The notes below the pieces were generated by a model. That model saw only the letters and a program-made list of their open reading frames with translations, ran no database searches and was not told where the DNA came from. A DNA stretch of 64,000 nt from Pseudomonadota bacterium (lineage in GTDB: Bacteria; Pseudomonadota; Alphaproteobacteria; Rhodobacterales; Rhodobacteraceae): NCBI GenBank assembly GCA_038528385.1, contig JBCBET010000008.1, positions 68,855-132,854 on the forward strand, given 5' to 3'. The stretch's first letter is position 1. Each line of letters starts with the position of its first letter. Shown here piece after piece: positions 9,005 to 17,796 of this stretch. The position numbers and the translations under genes were made by a program.

Positions 9005-9238
9005 ATGAGCGACGTTTCCGATCGCGTGAAGAAAATTGTGGTGGAGCACCTCGGTGTGGACGAAGCGAAGGTGCAGGACAGCGCCTCCTTCATCGACGAC
9101 CTCGGCGCCGACAGCCTCGACACCGTGGAACTCGTGATGGCCTTCGAAGAAGAGTTCGGCATCGAGATCCCCGACGACGCCGCGGAGACGATCCAGACCT
9201 TCGGAGACGCGGTCAAGTTCATCGACGACGCCACCTGA
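9005..9238 (+). CDS. acpP: Acyl carrier protein
   Basis: 77 aa, with the phosphopantetheine site [20 protein letters not shown]. Confidence 0.95.
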   Translation: MSDVSDRVKKIVVEHLGVDEAKVQDSASFIDDLGADSLDTVELVMAFEEEFGIEIPDDAAETIQTFGDAVKFIDDAT

Positions 9239-9260
9239 TCTAGGTCTTCATACTCGTGAA

Positions 9261-9290
9261 GCGGCGTCCCCAGCGGGCGCCGTTTTTCTT
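9261..9290 (+). terminator. Intrinsic terminator after acpP
   Basis: GCGGCGTCCCC-agc-GGGCGCCG followed by TTTTT. Confidence 0.7.
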
Positions 9291-9391
9291 TGTGCGGAGG
9301 GGCGCTCGGTGCCACGCGGCGCGCGCCTGTCGCCCTTGAGGGCGGCGGGGCGCGCTTGTATGGAGAGCCAAAGACCAATAGGAGAGCGAGC

Positions 9392-10642
9392 ATGCGGCGC
9401 GTAGTCGTGACAGGCCTGGGCATGGTGACCCCCCTTGCAGACGGTGTGGAGGCCACCTGGCGCAGGCTCCTTGCGGGCGAAAGCGGGGCAGGGACCATCA
9501 CGCGCTTCGACGCGTCCCATCTGGCCACCACCTACGCCTGCGAGATCCCGCGCGAGGGCGAGGACGCCTTCGCCCCCGACGACTACATGGAGCCCAAGGA
9601 GCAGCGGAAGGTGGACGATTTCATCGTCTACGGCATGGCCGCCGCGGTGCAGGCCGTGGAAAGCTCCGGCTGGGTTGCGGACACGCCCGAGAAGCAGGAG
9701 CGCACCGGGGTCATGATCGGCTCCGGCATCGGCGGGCTCTCGGCCATCGCCGACACCGCTGTCCTTTTGAAGGAACGCGGGCCGCGGCGGGTCTCTCCCT
9801 TCTTCATACCCTCCGCGCTCATCAACCTGGCCTCGGGGCAGGTCTCCATCCGGTTCGGGTTCCGCGGGCCGAACCACGCGGTGGTCACCGCCTGCTCCAC
9901 GGGCGCACATGCCATAGGCGACGCCGCGCGGCTCATCGCGCTCGACGATGCCGATGTCATGGTGGCCGGCGGCGCCGAAAGCCCGATCAGCGAGATCGGC
10001 ATCGCGGGCTTCAACGCCTGCAAGGCGCTCTCGACGAAGCGCGGCAACGATCCCACGGCCGCCAGCCGCCCCTATGACGCGGACCGCGACGGGTTCGTCA
10101 TGGGCGAGGGCGCGGGCGTCGTTGTACTCGAGGAATACGAGCACGCCCGCGCGCGCGGCGCCACGATCCATGCGGAGGTCTGCGGCTACGGGCTCTCGGG
10201 CGATGCCTACCACATCACCGCGCCCTCCGAGGACGGCGAGGGCGGAGGCCGCTCCATGGCCGCCGCGATCAAGCGGGCGGGCATCGCGCCCGGCCAGATC
10301 GACTATATCAATGCCCACGGCACCTCCACGATGGCCGACACGATCGAGCTCGGCGCGGTGGAGCGGATGATGGGCGCCGACGCCGGGACGGTGACGATGT
10401 CGTCGACCAAGTCCTCCACCGGGCACCTCCTCGGGGCGGCGGGCGCGATCGAGGCGATCTTTTCGATCCTGGCGATCCGCGACCAGGTCGCGCCGCCGAC
10501 GCTCAACCTCGAGACGCCGGCCGTGGAGACCGCCATCGACCTCGCCCCGCGCGCAAAGCGCAGCTGCGAGATCACCTACGCGCTGTCGAATTCCTTCGGC
10601 TTCGGCGGCACGAATGCGAGCGTCATTTTCGGAAAGGTCTAA
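9392..10642 (+). CDS. fabF: 3-oxoacyl-ACP synthase II
   Basis: MRRVVVTGLGMVTPL..., active-site ACSTGAH, HGTSTMADTIE, NSFGFGGTNASVIF. Confidence 0.93.
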   Translation: MRRVVVTGLGMVTPLADGVEATWRRLLAGESGAGTITRFDASHLATTYACEIPREGEDAFAPDDYMEPKEQRKVDDFIVYGMAAAVQAVESSGWVADTPEKQERTGVMIGSGIGGLSAIADTAVLLKERGPRRVSPFFIPSALINLASGQVSIRFGFRGPNHAVVTACSTGAHAIGDAARLIALDDADVMVAGGAESPISEIGIAGFNACKALSTKRGNDPTAASRPYDADRDGFVMGEGAGVVVLEEYEHARARGATIHAEVCGYGLSGDAYHITAPSEDGEGGGRSMAAAIKRAGIAPGQIDYINAHGTSTMADTIELGAVERMMGADAGTVTMSSTKSSTGHLLGAAGAIEAIFSILAIRDQVAPPTLNLETPAVETAIDLAPRAKRSCEITYALSNSFGFGGTNASVIFGKV

Positions 10643-10645
10643 GCC

Positions 10646-11803
10646 ATGTGGCGTCACATCGCCTCCAACGCGTTGTCGCTTTTCGTGGTGGGGCTCTTCC
10701 TGCTGGGCGGGCTGATCCTCTGGGGCATCGGGCGCTACGAGGCGGAGGGGCCGCTCACGCGCGCGATCTGTTTGCAGGTGGCGCCGGGCTCCACGCTCAC
10801 GGGCGTGGCCAACGACCTCGTGGCCGAGGACGCGATCACGAGCCGCGCGATCTTTCGCATGGCCGGCGATTACACGGAGAAGGCCGCGGAGCTGAAGGCG
10901 GGGTCCTTCCTCATCCCCGAGCGCGCCTCCATGGCCGAGATCCTCGACCGCGTGACCGCCAGCGGGCAGAGCACCTGCGGCACCGAGGTCGTCTACCGGA
11001 TCGGGGTCAACAGCATGAGCGCGCAGGTGCGCGAGCTCGACCCCGAGACGCAGCGCTTCGTGGAGCGCGCGGAGTTCACACCCGCCGCGGAGCCCGCGCC
11101 CGAGGTCTACGCCACCGCCAAGGATTCGCCTGATACGCGCTACCGGATCGCCATCGCCGAGGGCGTGACGAGCTGGCAGATCGTGACGGCGCTCCGCGAC
11201 ATCGACGTGCTTTCGGGCGCGGTGGACGAGATCCCGGCCGAGGGGGCGCTCGCGCCCGACAGCTACGAGGTGGCGCCCGGCGACGAACGCCTGCCCCTCG
11301 TGGCGGCGATGGAAGAGGCGCAGGTGGCCCGGCTCGCCAATGCCTGGCAGAACCGGGAGGATGGGCTGCCCTATGCCACGCCCGAGGAGGCGCTTATCAT
11401 GGCCTCCATCATCGAGAAGGAGACCGCGCTCGCGGAGGAGCGGGGTCAGGTGGCGTCTGTTTTCGTGAACAGGCTCGAGCGGGGGATGCGGCTGCAGACG
11501 GACCCCACGGTGATCTACGGCATCACGCGGGGGCAGGGCGTGCTGGGCCGCGGCATCCGGCAAAGCGAGCTCCGCCGGGAGACGCCCTGGAACACCTACG
11601 TCATCGACGGGCTGCCGCCCACGCCCATCGCCAATCCCGGGCTCGCCAGCATCGAGGCCGCGCTAAACCCCGACGAGACGCCCTTCATTTTCTTCGTGGC
11701 CGACGGCACCGGCGGGCATGCCTTCGCGGAGACGCTCGACGAGCACAACTCCAACGTCGCGCGGTGGCGCGCGATCGAGGCGGAGCGGGCGAATTCGGAG
11801 TAA
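10646..11803 (+). CDS. mltG: Endolytic murein transglycosylase (YceG-like)
   Basis: N-terminal TM helix. YceG motifs EALIMASIIEKET, ASVFVNRLERGMRLQTDPTVIYG, WNTYVIDGLPPTPIANPG. Confidence 0.88.
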   Translation: MWRHIASNALSLFVVGLFLLGGLILWGIGRYEAEGPLTRAICLQVAPGSTLTGVANDLVAEDAITSRAIFRMAGDYTEKAAELKAGSFLIPERASMAEILDRVTASGQSTCGTEVVYRIGVNSMSAQVRELDPETQRFVERAEFTPAAEPAPEVYATAKDSPDTRYRIAIAEGVTSWQIVTALRDIDVLSGAVDEIPAEGALAPDSYEVAPGDERLPLVAAMEEAQVARLANAWQNREDGLPYATPEEALIMASIIEKETALAEERGQVASVFVNRLERGMRLQTDPTVIYGITRGQGVLGRGIRQSELRRETPWNTYVIDGLPPTPIANPGLASIEAALNPDETPFIFFVADGTGGHAFAETLDEHNSNVARWRAIEAERANSE

Positions 11804-11816
11804 GGTACTGACAAAA

Positions 11817-11831
11817 TTTACCTTTTGTTAA
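11817..11831 (+). promoter_or_regulatory. CtrA-box-like motif TTTA-N7-TTAA upstream of the GTA cluster
   Basis: TTTAccttttgTTAA has one mismatch to TTAA-N7-TTAA. It lies in the only AT-rich patch between mltG and g1. Confidence 0.25.
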
Positions 11832-11872
11832 GCCGACCGCGCGCACGGAGCGCACACGTCCAGATTGCAAGC

Positions 11873-11901
11873 TTGACTCTGCGAACGCTCTAAAGTATAC
11901 C
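11873..11901 (+). promoter_or_regulatory. Sigma70-like promoter candidate TTGACT-N17-TATACC
   Basis: Hexamers and 17-nt spacing read from the sequence, ~100 nt upstream of the g1 start. Confidence 0.3.
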
Positions 11902-11927
11902 TTCGGCACAATAGGAGACGTGGGCAA

Positions 11928-11960
11928 GCGGCCTCGGGACAATCCCGGCGCCGCTTTTTT
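11928..11960 (+). terminator. Intrinsic-terminator-like hairpin plus T6, either in the GTA leader or ending mltG
   Basis: GCGGCCTCGGGA-caa-TCCCGGCGCCGC (10 of 12 bp paired) followed by TTTTTT. It ends 27-42 nt before the g1 start. Confidence 0.6.
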
Positions 11961-12002
11961 CGTGCCCGCCTCTTCCTCTTCATCCGAGTGAGAGGCCGTC
12001 CC

Positions 12003-12347
12003 ATGACGACACATGATCCGCCCCTGGGGCCGGACAGATTGCACGCGCGCTGGGATCGCCTGCTGCGCCAGCTCGACCGGTACATCGACGCCGTCGAAGC
12101 CCAGATCGACAAACTTGCAGAAGGCGATTTCAGCGAGGCCGGGGCCTTCACCAAGGTCAAGGCCGCGCTCACGGACACGGCCAAGGCGCTCAACGAGGCG
12201 GAGACGAAAATTGACCAACAGCGACAACGAGACGAAGGCGGCGTGCCCGGCGCTGGCCGCCCCATCGACATGGACGCCGCCCGCGACGAGATCGGGCGCC
12301 GCCTTGATCGCATCCGAAGAGCCCGCGGCGCAGAAGGCGTTTCTTGA
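12003..12347 (+). CDS. GTA g1-like small protein (putative small terminase)
   Basis: First ORF of the cluster, with GAGAGG 8 nt upstream of ATG 12003 (alternative GTG at 11988). It is coiled-coil rich and overlaps the terminase gene. Confidence 0.65.
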   Translation: MTTHDPPLGPDRLHARWDRLLRQLDRYIDAVEAQIDKLAEGDFSEAGAFTKVKAALTDTAKALNEAETKIDQQRQRDEGGVPGAGRPIDMDAARDEIGRRLDRIRRARGAEGVS

Positions 12348-13620
12348 CGCCCTCGAGGAAAACGAGCTCGCCGCGCTGCCGTGGCTCTGGGACTTCTGGG
12401 CCCATGACCACCAGATGCCCCCCGACGGCGACTGGCGCAGCTGGGTGATCCTCGGCGGGCGCGGCGCGGGCAAGACGCGCGCCGGCGCCGAATGGGTGCG
12501 CAGCCAGGTGGAGGGGAACCTGCCCCTCGATCCCGGGCGCTGCCGGCGCGTGGCCCTCGTGGCCGAAACCTACGACCAGGCGCGCGACGTGATGGTGGAG
12601 GGCGAAAGCGGCATCCTGGCGGCCTCGCCGCCCGACCGCCGCCCCAAATGGCTCGCCACGAAACGCAAGCTCGTCTGGCCCAACGGCGCGGAGGCGCAGT
12701 GTTTTTCGGCCTGCGACCCCGAGGGGCTGCGCGGCCCGCAATTCGATGCGGCCTGGGCCGACGAGCTCGGCAAGTGGCCGGCCTCGGACGCCTGGTCGAA
12801 CCTGCAATTCGCGCTCCGTACGGGAGAGGCGCCGCGGGCCGTGGTGACGACGACGCCGCGCTCCTCCTCGACGCTCAGGATGCTCCTCGATGCGTCGTCC
12901 ACGGCGGTCACGCAGGCGCCCACGGAGGCCAACCGGGCCAACCTCGCCTCCTCGTTCCTCGAGGAGGTGCGCGCCCGCTACGCCAACACGCTGGCCGCGC
13001 GGCAGGAGCTCGACGGGGTCATGCTCGAGGCCGTGGAGGGCGCGCTCTGGAGCCGCGCGATGCTCACCGAGGCGGGCTGCGATATCTTTCCCGATCTCGA
13101 CCGCGTGGTCGTGGCCGTGGACCCGCCCGCGGGCACCGAGGGCGATGCCTGCGGGATCGTGGTGGTGGGTTCCACCATGGAGGGCCCGCCGGGCACCTGG
13201 CGGGGCTACGTGCTCGCCGACCGCACGGTGGAGAACGCCACGCCCCTGGGCTGGGCGCGCGCGGCCTGCGAGGCGGCGCGGGAATTCAGGGCCGACCGGA
13301 TCGTGGCCGAGGTCAACCAGGGCGGCACCATGGTGGAGGAACTCATCCGCCAGGTGGACCCGCTCGTGGCCTACAAGGCCGTGCATGCCTCCAAGGGCAA
13401 GATCGTGCGCGCCACGCCGATCTCCGCGCTCTACGAGCAGGGCCGCGTGAGCCATGCCCGCGGGCTCACCGAGCTCGAAGACGAAATGGTGCAGATGACG
13501 TCCACGGGCTTTCAGGGCCAGGGCAGTCCGGACCGCGTGGACGCGCTCGTCTGGGGCCTGTGGGACGCGATCCTCGTGCCCGCAGGCGCCTGGAAGCGGC
13601 CCGGCGTCCGCAGCCTCTAG
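12211..13620 (+). CDS. GTA g2 large terminase
   Basis: Walker A GGRGAGKT, Walker B AAWADELGKW, nuclease half VVAVDPP...IVAEVNQGG. The start is uncertain: TTG 12211 has a GGAGA RBS, alternatives are TTG 12304 and ATG 12013. Confidence 0.85.
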   Translation: MTNSDNETKAACPALAAPSTWTPPATRSGAALIASEEPAAQKAFLDALEENELAALPWLWDFWAHDHQMPPDGDWRSWVILGGRGAGKTRAGAEWVRSQVEGNLPLDPGRCRRVALVAETYDQARDVMVEGESGILAASPPDRRPKWLATKRKLVWPNGAEAQCFSACDPEGLRGPQFDAAWADELGKWPASDAWSNLQFALRTGEAPRAVVTTTPRSSSTLRMLLDASSTAVTQAPTEANRANLASSFLEEVRARYANTLAARQELDGVMLEAVEGALWSRAMLTEAGCDIFPDLDRVVVAVDPPAGTEGDACGIVVVGSTMEGPPGTWRGYVLADRTVENATPLGWARAACEAAREFRADRIVAEVNQGGTMVEELIRQVDPLVAYKAVHASKGKIVRATPISALYEQGRVSHARGLTELEDEMVQMTSTGFQGQGSPDRVDALVWGLWDAILVPAGAWKRPGVRSL

Positions 13621-13642
13621 AGACATGTGAGGAGCTCAAGAC

Positions 13643-14810
13643 ATGGTTTTCAACCTGTTCAACACCGCCCGTCCCGAGGGCGACGCGGAGGCCAAGGCCT
13701 CGGCCACGGGGCCTGTGATCGCCTACCAGGCGTCCGGACGCATCGCCTGGACCCCGCGGGACGCGGTGACGCTGACGAAGGCGGGCTTCACGGGCAATCC
13801 GGTGGGCTTTCGCGCGGTCAAGCTCATCGCCGAGGCCGCCGCGGCCCTGCCCGTGATCCTGCAGGACGCCGAGCGGCGCTACGAGACGCATCCCGTGATG
13901 GACCTCGTGCGCCGCCCCAATGCGGGGCAGGGGCGCGCGGACCTCTTGGAGGCGCTCTACGGTCAGATCCTGCTCAGCGGGAACGGCTACGTGGAGGCAG
14001 TGGGTTCCGCTGGAGCTGCACGTGCTGCGCTCGGACCGGATGAGCCTCGTGCCCGGCGCCGATGGCTGGCCGGTGGCCTATGACTACACCGTGGGGGGGC
14101 GGAAGCACCGGTTTCACGTGGCCGAGGGCGCGAGCCCGGTCTGCCATATCAAGAGCTTCCATCCCCAGGACGACCATTACGGGCTCTCGCCGATGCAGGC
14201 CGCGGCCACCGCGCTCGACGTCCATGCGAGCGCCACGCGTTGGTCGAAGGCGCTCCTAGACAATGCCGCGCGGCCCTCGGGCGCCATCGTCTACAAGGGC
14301 GCCGACGGGCAGGGGCAGATGGGCCCCGACCAGTACGACCGGCTCGTCAGCGAGATGGAGATGCACCACCAGGGCGCGCGCAACGCGGGCCGGCCCATGC
14401 TGCTCGAGGGCGGGCTCGACTGGAAGCCCATGGGCTTTTCCCCCTCGGACATGGAGTTTCACCACACCAAGGACGCCGCCGCGCGCGAGATCGCCACGGC
14501 CTTCGGCGTGCCGCCCATGCTGCTCGGCATCCCCGGGGAGGCGACCTATGCCAATTACCAGGAGGCGCACCGCGCCTTCTACCGCCTGACGGTGCTGCCG
14601 CTCGCCTCCAAGGTCTGCGGCGCGCTCTCGGCCTGGCTCGGCGCCATGGCCGGCGAGGCGGTGGAGCTGCGCCCCGATCTCGACCAGGTGCCCGCGCTCG
14701 CCGCCGAACGCGAGGCCCAGTGGAAACGCATCGCGGGGGCCGATTTCCTGTCGGGCGACGAGAAGCGTCACCTCCTGGGTCTGCCGCCGCGGGAGGTGGG
14801 CGATGATTGA
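13643..14810 (+). pseudogene. GTA g3 portal protein (HK97-type), with the reading frame interrupted near 14000
   Basis: The N-terminal 120 aa (…LLEALYGQILLSGNGYVEAV) are in the frame of 13643, which then runs into a stop at 14083. The remainder (PLELHVLRSDRMSLVPGADGWPVAYDY…EFHHTKDAAAREIATAFGVPPMLLG…) is in the +1 frame from ~14001. Confidence 0.8.
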
Positions 14811-15129
14811 GGACGCCGAAACAGAGACGGAGGTGAAGAGCGGGGTCGCCCGCATGCCGCTCTACGTCACCTCCATCAACGACGCGGACGCGCTCGTCGC
14901 GGCCATAGACGCGCGGCTGTCCTCGGTGGAGGGGGCCATGCACACCGTGGAGACGGAGCGGGCCGTGAACGAGGAAAAAGAGAAATTCATGGTGAGCCGT
15001 TTCAACGCGCTCGACGGCCGCCTCGACAAGATCGACGGCCACGTGGCCAAGCTCGTCTGGCTCATACTCGCGGCGATTATCGGCGGGTTCATGTCGCTGG
15101 TGATCCGGGGCGGGCTCTTGGGCCTCTAG
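14803..15129 (+). CDS. GTA g3.5-position protein: coiled-coil with a C-terminal transmembrane helix
   Basis: ATG overlaps the portal stop. 108 aa ending in LVWLILAAIIGGFMSLVIRGGLLGL. Called by position between portal and protease. Confidence 0.55.
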   Translation: MIEDAETETEVKSGVARMPLYVTSINDADALVAAIDARLSSVEGAMHTVETERAVNEEKEKFMVSRFNALDGRLDKIDGHVAKLVWLILAAIIGGFMSLVIRGGLLGL

Positions 15130-15315
15130 GACTGCGCTGATGGAAGAATTCGCCGAGGCGCGCGCCCAATGATGCGCCGGAGCGGTGGAGAAACGAGGGG
15201 TGTTCTCCTGTCAGCCTTGCCAGCCTCACCGGCTGGTTGGGGGCAAAACTACCCCGCCCGCAACGGGGCCGAGCGGTGAGAGGCCGTTTCATTCCAGACA
15301 TGCAGGAGATGCAAA

Positions 15316-15870
15316 ATGGCAGAGAGCTACGGGCTTGAGCGGAAGTTCTGCCGCCTCAAGGGCGCGGTCGCGTTGGGCGAAGACTTGGTCGTGGAGGGCT
15401 ATGCCTCCCTCTTCGGCGTCAAGGACACGGGCGGCGACATCGTGGAGCGGGGAGCCTACACGGCCTCCCTCGAGACCCTCAAAAAGGCGTGCCGGAGCGT
15501 CAAGATGCTCTGGCAGCACCGCCCCGAGGAGCCCATCGGCACCTGGGACGAGGTAAGCGAGACCCAAAAGGGTCTCTATGTGAAGGGTCGCCTCCTGGCG
15601 GATGTGGCCCGCGCGCGGGAAGCGGCGGCGCTCCTGAAGGCGGGGGCCATCGACGGGCTCTCCATCGGCTACCGCACCGTGAAGGCGCAAAAGAACAGCA
15701 AGGGCCAGCGGCACTTGCACGAGCTGGAGCTGTGGGAGGTGTCGCTCGTGACCTTTCCCATGCTTCCGGATGCGCGGGTGGGCGCGAAGGGCAGTGAGCC
15801 CGTCGATGCCGTCCTGCGCGACATTGCCCGAGCATTGAACGCGGCGGGCGCGCGGCTGGCGAATACCTGA
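15316..15870 (+). CDS. GTA g4 prohead protease (HK97 family)
   Basis: VVEGYASLFGVKDTGGDIVERGAY...MLWQHRPEEPIG...IDGLSIGYR...LWEVSLVTFPM. Confidence 0.88.
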   Translation: MAESYGLERKFCRLKGAVALGEDLVVEGYASLFGVKDTGGDIVERGAYTASLETLKKACRSVKMLWQHRPEEPIGTWDEVSETQKGLYVKGRLLADVARAREAAALLKAGAIDGLSIGYRTVKAQKNSKGQRHLHELELWEVSLVTFPMLPDARVGAKGSEPVDAVLRDIARALNAAGARLANT

Positions 15871-15903
15871 GCCAGCGGTCTCAACCACCCGAAAGGATCA
15901 CTG

Positions 15904-17067
15904 ATGACACCTGAGACGAAGGCTCAGGCCGGGGAAGATCTGTCTCCGGCTTTGGCCGTGAAGCAAGCGCTCGCGGGCTTCATGGGCGATCTGGAGGCAT
16001 TCCAGAGCGACATTCAATCCAAACTCGACAAGCAGGAAGAAAAGCTGACCATGCTCACGAAGACCAAACTCACCCGCCCGGCGCTCTCTGCCGCGCCCGT
16101 GGAAGCCCCGCACCAGAAGGCGTTCAACGCCTATCTGCGCACCGGTGACGATGACGGCCTGCGCGGCCTGGAGATGGAAGAGAAGGCGCTCGCCGTGTCC
16201 GGCGACGGCGGCTATCTCGTCGATCCCCAGACGGCGGATGTCGTGCGCTCGGTCTTGGCCTCCACGGCCTCCATCCGCGCCATCGCCAATGTGGTGAACG
16301 TGGACGCGACATCCTATGACGTGCTCATCGACCATGGCGACATGGGCGCGGGCTGGGCCACGGAGACCTCCACCGTCACGGAGACCTCCACCCCCCAGAT
16401 CGACCGCATCTCGATCCCGCTCCACGAGCTTTCGGCGCTGCCGAAGGCCTCCCAGCGGCTCCTCGACGACAGTGCCTTCGACCTCGACGGCTGGCTCGCG
16501 GGCCGCATCGCCGACAAGTTCGCCCGCGCGGAGGCCGATGCCTTCATCAACGGCGACGGCGTGGACAAGCCCCGGGGCTTTCTCACCCACACCATCGTCG
16601 ACGATGGCGCCTGGGCCTGGGACGCGCTGGGCTACGTGCCCACGGGTGCGGCGGGTGACGTGACCGCGGACGCGATCATCGACGTGGTCTATGCGCTGGG
16701 CGCGCAGTACCGCGCCAACGCCACCTTCGTGATGAACTCGAAGACGGCGGCGCTCGTGCGCAAGCTCAAGGACGCCGATGGCCGCTTCCTGTGGTCGGAC
16801 GGCCTCGCCGCCGGCGAGCCCGCGCGCCTCATGGGCTATCCCGTGCTCATCGCCGAGGACATGCCCGACGCCGACGACGCCAACCCCGACTGCATCGCCT
16901 TCGGCGATTTCACGGCGGGCTACACCGTGGCCGAGCGCCCCGACCTGCGCGTGCTGCGCGATCCGTTCTCGGCCAAGCCGCATGTCCTCTTCTACGCGAC
17001 GAAGCGCGTGGGCGGCGACGTGAGCGACTTCGCGGCGATCAAGATCCTGAAATTCGCCGCTTCCTGA
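15904..17067 (+). CDS. GTA g5 major capsid protein (HK97 fold)
   Basis: 387 aa with an N-terminal coiled-coil delta-like region. Then GGYLVDPQ..., FINGDGVDKPRGFL, MGYPVLIAEDMP, YATKRVGGDV. Confidence 0.9.
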   Translation: MTPETKAQAGEDLSPALAVKQALAGFMGDLEAFQSDIQSKLDKQEEKLTMLTKTKLTRPALSAAPVEAPHQKAFNAYLRTGDDDGLRGLEMEEKALAVSGDGGYLVDPQTADVVRSVLASTASIRAIANVVNVDATSYDVLIDHGDMGAGWATETSTVTETSTPQIDRISIPLHELSALPKASQRLLDDSAFDLDGWLAGRIADKFARAEADAFINGDGVDKPRGFLTHTIVDDGAWAWDALGYVPTGAAGDVTADAIIDVVYALGAQYRANATFVMNSKTAALVRKLKDADGRFLWSDGLAAGEPARLMGYPVLIAEDMPDADDANPDCIAFGDFTAGYTVAERPDLRVLRDPFSAKPHVLFYATKRVGGDVSDFAAIKILKFAAS

Positions 17068-17079
17068 GCGGTGATCTTG

Positions 17080-17107
17080 GGAGGGAGGCCCCGCGGGGCC
17101 TTCCTCC
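17080..17107 (+). other. Very stable GC hairpin 12 nt after the capsid stop codon
   Basis: GGAGGGAGGCCCC-gc-GGGGCCTTCCTCC: 12-13 bp including one G-U pair, with no U-tract. Confidence 0.6.
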
Positions 17108-17199
17108 GGGCGCGCCCCGGCCTGGCCGTTCCGACGGCGGGGGTGGCGCGCGCTCATCCAGTTTTTCGGGGTTTTGACAGCTAGGACGGGAGACGTTCC

Positions 17200-17796
17200 A
17201 TGATGCTCATCGAAGAGACGAGCGTGCCCGATGCGGCACTGCCGGTGGCGGAATTCAAGGCGCATCTGCGGCTCGGCACGGGCTTCAGCGACCACGCGGT
17301 GCAGGACGCGGTGCTGACCTCCTTCCTGCGTGCGGCCATGGCGGCCATCGAGGGCCGGACGGGCAAGATCCTCCTGAGCCGCGAATTCGCCTGGTCGCTT
17401 TCGCGCTGGCGGGAGGCGGGCCGGCAGGCGCTGCCGGTGGCTCCGGTCACCGATGTGATCGAGGTCGCCGTCGCCGACGCGGCGGGGTCCGAGACGATCA
17501 TCGACCCCGCCGCCTACCGGCTCGAACGCGACCACCAATCCCCGCGGCTCTGCGCCACGGGCGCCGCGCTGCCCACGATCCCGGGCGGCGGCACGGCGGA
17601 GGTGACGTTCCGCGCGGGCTACGCGGTGGCCTTCGGCGATCTGCCGGCGGACCTCGCGCAGGCGGTCTTCCTGCTCGCGGGCCACTACTACGAATACCGC
17701 GCCGATACCGGCCGGGACGGGGGCGCGATGCCCTACGGGGTCTCCGTGCTGCTCGAACGCTACAAGGCGGTCCGCGTCGGGGGGGCGTCATGGTGA
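17200..17796 (+). CDS. GTA g6 head-tail connector (gp6-like adaptor)
   Basis: Called by position and family-typical LPVAEFKAHLRL...LTSFLRAAMAAIEGRTGKILL...AVFLLAGHYYEYR. Confidence 0.8.
   Translation: MMLIEETSVPDAALPVAEFKAHLRLGTGFSDHAVQDAVLTSFLRAAMAAIEGRTGKILLSREFAWSLSRWREAGRQALPVAPVTDVIEVAVADAAGSETIIDPAAYRLERDHQSPRLCATGAALPTIPGGGTAEVTFRAGYAVAFGDLPADLAQAVFLLAGHYYEYRADTGRDGGAMPYGVSVLLERYKAVRVGGASW

Noticed and set aside
9248-11563. 771-aa minus-strand ORF
   Set aside because: It is antisense to fabF and mltG, both of which have clear catalytic motifs. It is low complexity.
12013-12210. ATG 12013 as the large-terminase start (535-aa product)
   Set aside because: It would overlap almost all of g1 in another frame, with a Ser/Thr/Pro/Arg-rich unconserved extension. 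TTG 12211 has a GGAGA RBS, and conserved TerL sequence begins only around 12330.
13985-14010. Programmed ribosomal frameshift in the portal gene
   Set aside because: I see no slippery heptamer or downstream pseudoknot-like structure. Portal genes are not known to use recoding. An indel, real or from assembly, is the simpler explanation.
15898-17685. 595-aa minus-strand ORF
   Set aside because: It is antisense to the GTA capsid and g6 genes, with no motifs and Arg/Gly-rich composition.
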